Below the pieces are notes generated by a model. That model had not been told where the DNA came from, did not search any database, and saw nothing but the letters and a program-made list of their open reading frames with translations. A stretch of DNA of 64,000 bases from Camelus dromedarius (lineage: Eukaryota). Positions 1 to 17,127 of this stretch are shown in pieces. The translations under genes were made by a program, and so were the position numbers. The stretch's first letter is position 1, and the number at the start of each line of letters is the position of its first letter. The stretch spans positions 12,710,001 through 12,774,000 of the forward strand of contig NC_087450.1 of NCBI RefSeq assembly GCF_036321535.1, written 5' to 3'.

Positions 1-5639
<5,639 letters not shown>

Positions 5640-6115
5640 CCCCCTGGGGAGGGGATGCGGGGGCAGGTTCAGGAGACTCAGGTCCCTGGGCCTCTGCACT
5701 AGGTGGGGGCCATCAGCGGGAAGCAGCGCCCCCAGCCCTGGCCCTCCTTCCCTCGACTTCCCCTGACACCCCCATCCCTACGCTCCTTGGGAGGCTCAGC
5801 TTGGCTCAGTCTGATGCTGCCAGAGGCTGGGACCTCAGTGGGCACCAGGGAGGGGGCGGTGCCTGCTTAGCCAGCAGGCCGTGGTCCACCTGGGCGCGTG
5901 GAAGCCGAGCTCCTGTGGCCCTCCCGCCCCCTCCTGTGATGGGGCAGGCGTTCTGGCTCAGCCAGGGCAGGCAGGGCAGGGGCCATGAAGCTGGAGAGCA
6001 GACAGTGATAAATTCACTGGGCAGATGGCTGTGGGGAGGGGCCATGACTTAGCACTTGCAAGGGAAGTTTTTGCTGTTGAACTGTGATTTCTGTCCAAGT
6101 GCTAATTTCCGTTTG

Positions 6116-6121
6116 AATAAA
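6116..6121 (+). terminator. Candidate proximal polyadenylation signal of TEX261
   Basis: First AATAAA after the stop at 5639; others at 6529-6534 and 8213-8218. Confidence 0.5.
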
Positions 6122-7569
6122 GATTCTAGGTGGCACTGTTTGCCTTAATGCCCTGAAAGTTCATCTTCCTTTCTTCCTGCTGCCCTCCTGCCTTGGACTG
6201 GCTTTTCTCTGCCAGGGACTCCTTTTCTGGGTTTGGGTCTTGCCCTTCTGGAGGGACTGCTCTTGTGGCCCTTAGTGGGAAGTGGGCCGAGAGGAGGAAT
6301 CGAGCTGGGGAGTCAGGGTGGAGGCAGCCTCTCTTAACCCCCGCCCCTTTTTCCATCTCTTCTTTCCCAGAGGCTCCATGACTGTCAGGCTGGGAGCAGA
6401 GAGGGGCCAGTGTGGGACTGGGTTAGATTTTCAGAAGAACATCTACAGTATCCTATTTATATAAGTCTTCCCCTAGGGAAGAGGAGTGGTTTCTGGCTGA
6501 ATTCTATCTTAGGCTCAAGGAGAAACAGAATAAAACTCGGCAGCCTGGGCTACAGCCTGTTCTTTGGGAAACGGGACTGGTACGAGCAGCTGTTTGTCAC
6601 TCCGAGACCTCACAAGGGCTGGCCCTCTCTTCCAATAGCAGGCAGGCCAGGTCCTGGGCCCAGAGCAGCATTTGTTGACCTTGCACTCCAACTGCAGTGC
6701 CTTGCAAGTACTCAGCAGTACGTGTGGGAATGAAGACCCCAGGAGGGCCATCACTGGCCATGTCCTATACCTCAAAGCAGGGCTGGTAGGTGCAGAGCTG
6801 GACTGCACACATGTGGTACTTGTAAGCCACTGGGAAGACCCCTGTGCTTGAAAACCTTTTCTCTACATCCTGCCTCAAGTCCCACCAGAGCCCTCCATCT
6901 CCTTGGCTTAGGCACTCCCATTCTCTTCAGAATACCAGCCTCCCCCTTTCCTTCGGGGAAGCAGCATATTTTGACCTCTCAGTGGGACCAAGGCTGCCGG
7001 GCCCTTGTGTCCTGTGCAGATGAGGGAGGACAAGTCGAGGACCCTGGGGGCCAGTGTTCTTACCGCTGGGCCAGCAGCTGGCCTTGCTCTCCCTTGCCGT
7101 CTATCTCTTTGTTCCTCTCCCCAGCGGTGTGGCTTGGCCCCTCCATTCACTCCACTGCCAGTGTTGGGGGGTTGCCAGTGGCCTTGTGCTAAGTCCAGCG
7201 GACCCTCTTCCTGCCTTCTCTTACTAGGTCCCTGCCGCACCTGGCAGGACTGAGCACCCCCGGCTTCCTGAATTGCGCCGCCCTAGCACTGCTGTGGCTG
7301 GTTCTCGTCCCTCTCTGGCTGCTCCTTTCATGGTCCTGTGCAGGCTTCTCTGCTCACCCCGTGCACAGTGGCATTTCTCAGGGTTCTGTCGCGGGCTCCC
7401 TAGGGGAGCCCATCCATGCCGATGGCTTCAGTTGAGAGGTGGCCTCCGGCCCCAACATCCCTCTTGGTCGTCTGAGCCACAGTTCTGCTGTTGGGAGCAC
7501 AGGTAACTCTCATGGCCCAGCTGGCACATGTTGCTGTCCTCTGCCAATGTGCCTCTTTTGGGTGCCTGC

Positions 7570-8240
7570 CTTGGCCCCAAGACCACTCAGGAGCCCGACC
7601 AGAAACCTGCTTTCTATGCCTGCTTTTCTTTCTCCCCCACATCCAGTCTCCAGAAACTGTCAAGTTTACCTCCTTAACATCCCTTGATTTGAGCGCTCCC
7701 ACTGTTACCAGTTTTCACCTGGGTTGTTGTGACAGCCTCCTTCTGCTTCTCTGTCCCACAGCCAGAGCTGTCTCTCTCCTGCATAGCTGACCGAGTCACT
7801 CTCTGGCTTAAAACCTTCCATGGCTCCCCACTGCCCTCAGGATAAAGTCCAGACCCTTAGCGTAGCTGTGAGACTCATGAGGTCCTGGTTCCTGCTCGCC
7901 TCTCTGGTCTCATCACTTGCCACTTTGCCCTCTGATTTTCAGCCTCCTGTATCCGGAGATGCCACTTTGATTCCCCTTTCTTCTATTCACCTGGGTACCT
8001 TCTCTGTCCATTCTCAACTTAGGTTTCACTTCCTCCAAGGAACTTTGAATTTCCCCTCTCCCTCCAGCACACCACACAGATCACTCTGGGCATATCTGCC
8101 TGCTTACTGGTCTATCTCCCCACTAGACTGTAAGCTCCTTGAGGGCAGGAACTGTCCTTCAATTTTTGTATCAGCAGTGCCTAGCTTGGCGCCTGGCACG
8201 TAGGAAGTACTCAATAAATGTTTGTTTCATGAATGACTTG
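7570..8240 (+). mobile_element. L2 LINE 3' portion
   Basis: Typical L2 motifs aaaccttccatggctccccactgcc, ctagactgtaagctccttgagggcagg and the 3' end cctggcacgtaggaagtactcaataaatgtttg. Confidence 0.8.
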
Positions 8241-8859
8241 AAGTGATGTGTACAGGGGACAGCAGGGGACCCAGGATAGCTTCCTGGAGGAAGTTCAAGT
8301 GCTTTCATAGTCTCAAACTGAAGCTGTAGGTCCTCCCCCCACTCCAGATAGGCTGCCTGTGCCTCCCTGCACTGCAGAAAGCCCAGTGGCAGCTGGAAGT
8401 GAAGGGAAGCCCGTGGCCTGTGACACATAAGCTGCCTTCCCCATTCTGGATCTGCAGATGAAGAGTGAGGCCTAGAGGCTGCAGCAGGAAGGACGTCATT
8501 TGAATAAGAGGCAGAATTTCCCCAATGGTCCCTCATCCTGGAATCCATGTCCCTGATGAGCTTTTGGAGGGGGCAGTAATGGGGACCCCAGGGTGCCACT
8601 GTTACAACGCTAGGGCCCAGGATAGAGATGGATCCCCACTCAGCTGGGGCCACTGCCCTAACTCGGATCTCCTGGGGGCCCAAGAGGTTCCTTTGAGGAG
8701 AGAAGGGAAGCCTGGGATCTAGTTCTACTGAGGGAGGTGGCTCCGATCTTTGAGCCGGGGAGTGGGCGGCACTCCTCCCCCGCCTCCCCGTCCACAAATG
8801 AGTCACCACACCTTAGCCTTCACTGGGAAGCCTCAGGTCCAGAGGCTACCAAAATAAGT

Positions 8860-11800
8860 TTAAGTGGGAGGTGGTCTGGGGGAGGGCAGAGTGGGGAGCC
8901 CTTGATGGGCTCGCACAGCTGCTAGGAAGGCTTCGTCACATGTCTCTCGCAGGCACATGGTCACAGTGTCGGTCCATAAGTTGCCATCACTACTTTCTGG
9001 ACCCAAGCGCCGCTTCTGGGGGATGTCTCTCAAGGTGACAGAGCAAAAGTCCTGGGGCACCTTCATCCTGTGTGGCCGCAGGGAAGGGAACAGCTCACGG
9101 ATGATCACCTCTGAAGGCAGCCGAGGCACGGGCGCCACCTGGTGGCCGGACACGGTGTACAGGCTCACACCACCGTGCCCATCGGCCCTCATCTTTAGGA
9201 AGTTGCTGAAGTCTTGCTCTGGGCTAGGGTCGGGATGCACGCCCAGGCGGATGCCCTGCGGGTAGCCGATCTGGGTGGTGGGGGGCCTTGCAACTTTGTT
9301 GCTGGGATTCCACACCTTGGGCCGCCTGACGGTGAGCTGCTTGCTGATGGCAGCGGGAGTCACTGAGGGCGGCTTGGGCCCCATCTGTATCAGGCGTTCC
9401 TTCGGGGAGAGGTGGAAGCCCTTGGGAGGCCACAGGTCCCCGCGCTTGGGGGTCTTGGAGAGGGCGGTGGCCCGGGGTGGGGTACGGGGCTCTTGCTGAG
9501 TGCTGTGGACCAGGGATTGTCGTTGGGGCTGCTGCTTGCGATGGAGCCACTTCTTGAAATTAGCTTCTCTCAAAATTTGCTGCTTTGTCTGCAATGTCAG
9601 AAGGCATGAGACAGTTACAGAGGGCTGCTCCCCCTGTGGTTCTGTGCAAAGGCCCTGTGGCTGCAGCCCTGGAGACCTCAGGTCAGACTGAGTAGATACC
9701 TTCCTGCCCTGGTCTGGAGAGAGAAAGCCCTGCCTCGTGGGAGCCCTTGTTCTGATGGGGAGACAACTGTTGCCTGGAGGGGGCACCTGGGCTGGACAGA
9801 CAGAGCCTCTCCCATAGGGGAGACCCCCAATCTGATGGAGATACAGCCTCCGCTCTAGGTGAGGTCTCCAACTTGAGAGAGGAGACAGTCCCTGCCCTAC
9901 AGAAAACCTTGAGTCCAGAGGAGGAGACAAGCCTCCACCCCCGTAAAGGAGTTCCCAGTCTGATGGTGGAGACTTGTCCTCCCCTAAGAGAGTCTCTGGT
10001 TTGATGCGGAAAAAGGCAAATGAGAAGTAAAACGTATCCTTGACCCTGGAAAGAAAAGCAGAAAAGTCTGGAAGGACAGGAACTGGGTGGAGCTAAAATG
10101 GGCAGGCTTCCTAGAAGTGGTGGGCAATGAGACACAGTTGGCTGGCTCTCCAGGCTGGATAGTGATGCTCTGTCCTTGCCTCCACCAGAGCTGAACCTTC
10201 AACTTATTGTCACAAAACCACCCCCTTCCTCCCTCCCAGTCTCAGTGTCACTTCCCAGACTGTTGCTAAACAACCAGGTGGTTTGGAGATTGACCCAGCT
10301 CCAGAGATAGGCTCTGATTAGGCTAAGCCAATCATAATAATTCCATCAGCCTTGCCCCAGACCTCAGTCAGTCAGCACGTGGCTTTCCTTTAGCTCTAGG
10401 GATTGGGACAAGAATGGACACTTGATGCAACTGAGGCCAATATGAGACAAGGGGAGTTCTGCAAGGGGCTTCTGGGAAATTTTAGAGCTTCAAGGACAGA
10501 TGGGCTTTGCCTCCTCTGGACACGTGTGGCTGTGAGGACTGGATGACAACACCCACAACAGAGGAGGGTAGGACAGAGAAAGCTGGAGAGGAATGCAGCT
10601 GGGACAGAGCTGGAGTACCGGATTTTGCCAGCCCCGAAGCCCTCCCCAATTCTGGGTCCACTTAGGATTCCCAGCATCTTCTTTTTGGGTTTTGTGGTAC
10701 TTGCATCCTATGTAGTTATACCTCCTTTTCTTCCCCAGCCAAGGTCTGGCATTGATCTGGCTCCTGCCGGGGCTCTAGCTCGTCGGTGTCCAGCACACAT
10801 CTGCTTCCCTGGCTGTCCTGAACTTGTACTTCTTGGCAAACACTGCGCTCTCATGTGCCCCTTTGCCTCTCCACAGGGCTGTGTGTCCCTTCCGCCTGGT
10901 CAGCCCTTCGCTGCTTCTTCCTATCGCCAAATGCTGCCCATCTTTAAAGACTCTCCTCAAGCATTATCCCTGACACCCTCCTCAGAGGAGGGGGGGGCGA
11001 GGGAGGCTCTTTCTGGATGGGACCGCTTCTAGCCACTCTTCTATGTAACCACACATGTGAGTCCCTGCCGCCCCTGCTCCCACACCTGGACCTCAGCTGG
11101 TGCCCGGCGGCCCTGCCTGCCCTACCCCTTACTTCATTCTCAGCCAGGAAGTCCTGCTTCATGAGGACCAGCTGGTCCTTGAGCCGCTTCAGTTTCCCCA
11201 TTTCACGGGCAAAGTCTTTCTTGTCCTTTTTCCACATGGCATCCTTCAAGAACCTGGTGCCAAGGTAGGGGCGTGTCACCCTCCCCCCACCCCCAGTGAC
11301 TGCGCTTCACCATGGGCAGCAAAGACTGGCCACAGCCGAGGGCCTAGGTGGGGGTGGGTGGAACTGCCAGAGACAAGATGAGCAAGATGGTCCATACCCA
11401 CTGCCTGAAGCCCCTCTGACTAACTACTTCCTCTGCAATGAGAGAGGAAAGTGGCTGGATCACCACTCTCCAGCTGAGGAGCCAGGGGCCTCAGGGCAAG
11501 GAAGAAGGGAGATGCTAGCCCCCTGGGAATAACATCGTGGGGAGGGGCCCCCTCCACAGAGTCATCCCTGGACGCTCTGAACCGCCCAGCCCTGGGTGAG
11601 GGCTCTGGGGAAGGGTGGCAGGCAGGGGTTGGCCTTTACACCCTCACCGGATACAGTCGCGGTGGTTCCATATTCTGCAGTAGTCAATGGGCTTGCAGCC
11701 CATGGCATCTTGGGCATGGACATTGGCGCCATCCTGTACCAGCCGCTTCACGCAGCTCAGCAGGCCCTGGCGGGCTGCCAGGTGCAGGGGTGTGGAGCCG

Positions 11801-13741
11801 TCGCGTGTCCGACTGTGGAGGGCCCCGCCATGGGGGAAGAAGACAGACAGGAAGGGAAAAAATGGCATCTGCCCGTCAGGTGGGTCGGCAAACCAGCTTC
11901 TAGGCCCACTGTTAAATCACCCAGCCCCCCTGCCCCTTCCCTACGCCTGGCCACGGCTGCAGGGCCTGCATGACCTGGGCCCTGCTTCCTCCTCAGCCTC
12001 AGTCTCTGACCTCGGCCCACTGTCTCCCAACACGCAGCCTTTGCGCCTCAGCCTGGAACACTTTCCTCTGGCTCTTTGCATGGCTGGCTCACTCATATCC
12101 TCTCCTCAGAGGTAACTGCCCCTTCCACAATAGGTCTTCTGCCCATCACCCGGCTTATTCCCTTCATAACCACTTACCACCCTCCGTCATTTCCTGCATG
12201 TATTCATTTGCTAATTGACTGTCTGATCCTGCACTACTGCATCAGCTTCATGACGGCAGGGGCCATTCTGTGTGCACTGTTGTAGCCCTCAGCTCTGGCA
12301 CAGTGCTTAGCACATAGCACATGCGAGATATGTAGCATGGCTGCACGAGTGCATTCTCCTCTACAGCATCCTGGCCGTTTCATGCATTTCTCAATGGTCA
12401 CAGTCATCTCCTGCGATAGGCACTGTCATCCCCCTAGATTTCAGTTGAAGACACCGAGGCAGTAGTTCCCAAACTCTGCTGCAAGTTAGAACTGCCTGGG
12501 GGTCTTCTGAGTCTTCCAAAGCCCAGGCTACACCCCAGACCAATTAAATGACAACCTTTGGATTGGAACACAGGCACTGATATTTCTGAAGCTCCCCAGG
12601 TGATTCCAGTGCATTATCAGGTTTGGGAACCAGAACACGGAGGCTTAGGGCTGAGTGACCTGCCTGAGGTTTTGCTGTCTGCTAGGTGGCAAAGCTGGGA
12701 CGTGAACTAGGTCTGTCCTCTGCCGAAGTCCGATCTCCTAACTAATACACCATGTGGGCTCTCTGCTGCTTTACGTGGGACCCAATCCTTCTGTCCCCGT
12801 AACCCCTCTACCTGTCCTGCTTGGATCTGCCTGCCTGAAAGTGGGGTTTCTACCTGCTCAGCCTCCAAGCCACCGTCCCCACACAGGCTGGACTCACGTG
12901 TTGAGGGCCGCCCCTTGCGTAATCAGATAGTGAATGCAGGCGAGGGCCATGGCCTCGTTGTTCCATTGGATGACAAGGTGCAGGGGTGTCTGGCCACTGT
13001 TGGTGGGCAGGTCCACGGGAAACTTGTACTCCTCTACCAAGACCTGCAGGCATGCAAGCCTGCCGCTCTGGGCTGCAAAGTGGATGGCAGTGAAACCCTG
13101 TGGGGGCCAAGGAAGGCAGCAATTTCTTTGGGTTACCCTCCCCCTCTTCCTTGAGCCCCTCGGGAACCACACACACCCCTTTCCCAGCCCCGTCTGTGTT
13201 CACCCTTCTTCGATCCCCCAAAATGGCCATCTACCCAGGAAAGGACGTCTCCAGATATTCCGTAGTCAGCTCTTCGCGCGGTAGGCAGTCTCCGCGGAGC
13301 TCTTTGAGGAGTGGAGGGGACTTCCACTCTTGCGCCTGCGCTCTGGGGCCTTACCTTGTCATCCGGTCGCCTTTCTCCGCGGTTCAGATTTAGACACATC
13401 CGCAGCCATTCCAGGTTGCCCAGGGAGGCCGCGAACAGCTGGGAGGAGCTCCCGATCATCCTCTGGTCGCATTCATCCACTTGACTCAGCAAGCTGGGGT
13501 CCTCGGGAGAGGAAGGCGGGAGTGAGCGCCAAGGCGTTTTTGGAGCTGGGCCAGGGCGGGCTGGTCGGCAGGACACTGGGGAAGGGAACCCAGGCCCCGG
13601 CCAAGCCCTGCCGGCTCCAGACCCCGCCCCTCCTGGAGGCCCCAGCGGTTCCCGCGCCCCGCCGCCCGCACACCTGCTCCCTGCGCACCTGGGCCCCTGT
13701 GCCAAGTTGTTGTGGGTGGCCTTCAGGGGGACGTTCTTCAT
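8860..13741 (-). CDS. ANKRD53: Ankyrin repeat domain 53; exons 3-6 secure, 5' structure ambiguous
   Basis: Exons: 13741..13689 (MKNVPLKAT...), exon 2 ending 13355 (QLFAASLGNLEWLR...DDK, acceptor uncertain), 13097..12898 (GFTAIHFAAQ...QTPLHL), 11812..11648 (STPLHLAA...GANVHAQD), 11253..11133 (FLKDAMWKKDKKDFARE), 9588..8860 (GIRLGVHPDP...DEAFLAAVRAHQGLP, TAA). Phases are consistent from the end of exon 2 onward. Confidence 0.9.
9700..10015. repeat. Degenerate ~40-45 bp tandem array in ANKRD53 intron 5
   Basis: Recurrent tctgatgg (9751, 9831, 9959) and gagac (9760, 9882, 9924, 9969) at about 40-45 bp spacing. Confidence 0.6.
12460..12633. mobile_element. MER5A-type hAT MITE inserted into a MIR
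   Basis: Ends cagtagttcccaaact ... aggtttgggaaccag; internal caccccagaccaattaaat and gctccccaggtgattc; 8-bp TSD-like caccgagg/cacggagg; MIR-like flanks at about 12400-12720. Confidence 0.75.
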
Positions 13742-13900
13742 GGTCCACGTGGAGTTCCCGCTGGCGCTGCGGACCCGGCCTCGGGGCCCAAGGCTAGCTC
13801 CCAGGCGAGGGGGCCGGCAGTTGGCCTCCCTGGGGGGGCGGAACCCACGTGCCTCCGAGCCCGCCCTCCCCGCTCGTCCTGGAACCTCAGCAAGACTCCA
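13200..13900. promoter_or_regulatory. CpG island over ANKRD53 exons 1-2
   Basis: High GC and CpG density. Confidence 0.7.
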
Positions 13901-16900
13901 CCAGGCTTAGCTCCCCTCTCCACCAGACTTAGCTTTTGTTTCTGATTATAACATTAGTTAAGTGCAGACCATCATCAAAAGAAAAAAGGACAATGATGAT
14001 ATTAAAAATCACAGTGCCGCCACCCACGGAAATCACGGTCTGTTAGGATATGTGTATATACAGCGGATACAGTTTTGTGCCTCTTAGCATCGTTATAAGC
14101 TAGCTGGTCAGTCCACATACTAAACGTATGACGCCACCATAGCCAACGTCATAATGGGTGTGCTGGCATGCCACAAGTGCTGCAGAAAACAAAATGGCTC
14201 ATCTCAGGATGCATTCCTAGCTGTAGAATTACTAGGTGAAAGGAATGAACATTTTTTAGCTGTTGCTATGTTTCCAAGCTGCCCTGCAGCAAGACTGTAT
14301 ATTCACTTACACTTTCACCTGCAGTGCAGCTGGTGCGCTGCAAATCAGCCGTGTGACTCTGGTCAAGTAGCTGAGCAATAAATGTTGCTTAAACCAGTGT
14401 TGAGTTTACTGAACCATCCACATTCTCACCCCTTCTCCAAGGAAAACAGACCCCAAGCTTATCAGAGGGCTAGTGAGGCCCCAGGGTCAATTCTAGGCGT
14501 ATCTGGCCACACTGCCCGCTTCTAACGACCTTCTCCCCTCTCCGCTAGACGTTCCAGGTATTTCCCCTGGCAACCTCTATGATGGAGTAGGAAGGGACCA
14601 CAGTGACCTTCAAGGAGGAACAAAAATGCAGATTCTCCACCCAGAAGAACCTCTCCCCCTTTCCAGGGAAACCTCCTTTGGTAGCCCACTTGCCTTCCAA
14701 TCGCAGTGGTCAGAAAGAGGCAGCCCCACTCCCGAGCACCTAAAAAAACAGCAAATCCTACTGGATGCTTGCCCCAGGTGGGACTTTAGGAACTGGCTTC
14801 AAATTACAATAAAGTGACAATGCTTTGCAGGGACAAATTTTGAGGATTTCCTAGAAGCTGAGGGATTCTTTGGGCTGTTGCTTCTGGGACATTAGGATCC
14901 TAACAATGACAGCAAGACACTATGTCTGCATTGGGGTTGGAGGGTGTGTCTCAGGACCTCTTCAAGTAAACCCTCTTTATCTTCACCTGGGGTGTCTTGT
15001 GGTTTCTAGACCACCAGTTGCAAACTTGGCTATACCTTACAATTACCTGGGAGAAAAATACCAATGAAAACTCTTTATTCAAGAAAATCCACTAAATCTC
15101 AGTTAAAACAGTGAGAGTCTGTGGCACTTAGGCCACAAACTGCTCCTTCCCGTCTTTCTCCCCATCTCAGAGCAATGACTAAAGCTCTGATCCAAGTGGG
15201 TGTGGCCAAGAAAATAGGGCTCCCTTCCCCCTTAGCTCCTAGTTAATCTCACTGGCATCTCGCTGGGAGGAGCAGGCTGCCAGCATCTTCCAACAATGTT
15301 TCCTCTCTCTGCTCCAAGTTGCAGAGGCTAAATTCCTGATGAGTGCAGCCAAGAGACTGGGGCTCCCTTCCTCCACCCAGCCTTTACACACAGGGAAGAG
15401 GCTTGACTCCAGGCATGGCAGACTGAGAATAGTGAGGCCCTGATCACCCTTGTCCCAGCTTACATGCTTATGGGGCAGAGGTTCTGCATTGGGGACCAGA
15501 GGCTACCACCCCAGTACCCTGCTCATTAAGCAGGATGTCATTCTGAGAGATAAGAGCCACTGTCCCTGCCCTCAGCTCCACCACAGAGACTCAGATTCTG
15601 TCCAGTCAATCCAGAAAAACTGAGAGCTCCAAAGCTCTCCCCCAGATAACTGACTTTATTTGAAACAGAGCGTGGGGACATTCAAACTTAAGAATGCTCT
15701 GAAAACAATGGATATTTTGGTGGTAAGCAATTAAAAACAGCTAGCTGTAGGTCTGCTAGTTTACTAGAGAGAACTAGGGCAAAAGACAGCTTAGAAGAGT
15801 CCTCCTGGGGTCAGAACAAATCTCAAAGACTGGCTTTAAAAACTATTCCCACGAAGAAATATTTGCAGAAGGAGAAGCAAGATGGTGGAGTAGAAGGACG
15901 CTTGTAGCTCACCCTCTCCCACAAATACATCAAAACTCACATCTACAGACCCATCAGCCAACCAGAGCACTTGCCGAACTCCAACAGAACATCGCCCTTT
16001 TCGAAAGACAAAGACGCCAAAAATCTGGTAGGAGAAAAGGAAAAAGAAAGAAGAAAAAGCAAAACAGTGTGGGACCGGTCCCGCGGGGAGGGAGCAGCAA
16101 AGGAGAATAGTGCTCGTTCGCTGGGTCCCCCTAACCCCAACGGAGAGGCCAGCGGGACGGAGGGGGAGCCTCTGAGGCTCAGATCTGCCCCGAGCACCCC
16201 TTGACCCAACAGAACTAAGTTAAACAGGCACAAAGGGTCCCTGTGACACCCAGCCTGAGACGCGAGCCGGCAGCTGGGGGCTGGGCCAGGCCTCCCAAGC
16301 CGGGGGTGGTTGGGGGCGGCTGCACTGAGGCAGCCCCCGGGGACGGCAGGAGGCTGCGCGCTGTGGCTGGGAGGGGATACGGAGCAGAACAGCCTGGGCC
16401 CCCCATGAATTACGTTGAAAAAAAAAAGCAAACCAACACTACTGGCATGCGCTGGGGGGAGGGGCGCCGTAGCCTTTTTCTCTTCAGACCCGCTGCGCCA
16501 TTACTAGCGCTTCTCGGGAGAAGAGAGGTGGGGCGCAGCCACAGCTGCCATACCCTCTTGTGCGCAGCGCTAGGGCGGGGACGGGGCCAAGACCTGAATC
16601 CGCACGCGGGGGCTCCGCAACCCCCTGGGCAGGGCTGAGACTTGTTTACAGCCCAAGGCAGATAGGATCTTTCTGCCCTGGTACCTCAGAGAACTTACGC
16701 TGCCAAGACAAACAAGGAGCTGAGTTTTGGAACGGAGCAGGGGCGGGGCGGTTCCATGGTCTTCCCCGAGCCCGCCTATGGAGCATCCACCGGAGGCGGA
16801 GCGGGCAGCTGCACAGAGCAGCAGAGCAACTGGAGCCGGGAGAGAGCGCGATCCACCAGCCTGCCTTCCCCCGAGCACGGCATCTGGAGGGGTAATGACC

Positions 16901-17127
16901 CTCCCGCCCACCGAGAAGGAGAGCAGCACCTGACCCAGAGTTGGGAGGCGGCACGATCTTCTTGCCGATAGGCACTGAGAGCAGCACAGACGAGAGCCCC
17001 AATGGAGGGCCTCTGAAAACAGCAAGCTGAGTTTGCAGAACAGGGCGAAGACAGAAAAACTTCTCGATAAAACCATTAAGAGTACACAGTCTCCAGGAGA
17101 ACACATCCTTTTTTTTTTTTTTTTTTT

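Noticed and set aside
8860-9930. 356-aa single ORF as a stand-alone gene
   Set aside because: Only 9588..8860 is ANKRD53 exon 6; the upstream part is intron 5 tandem array.
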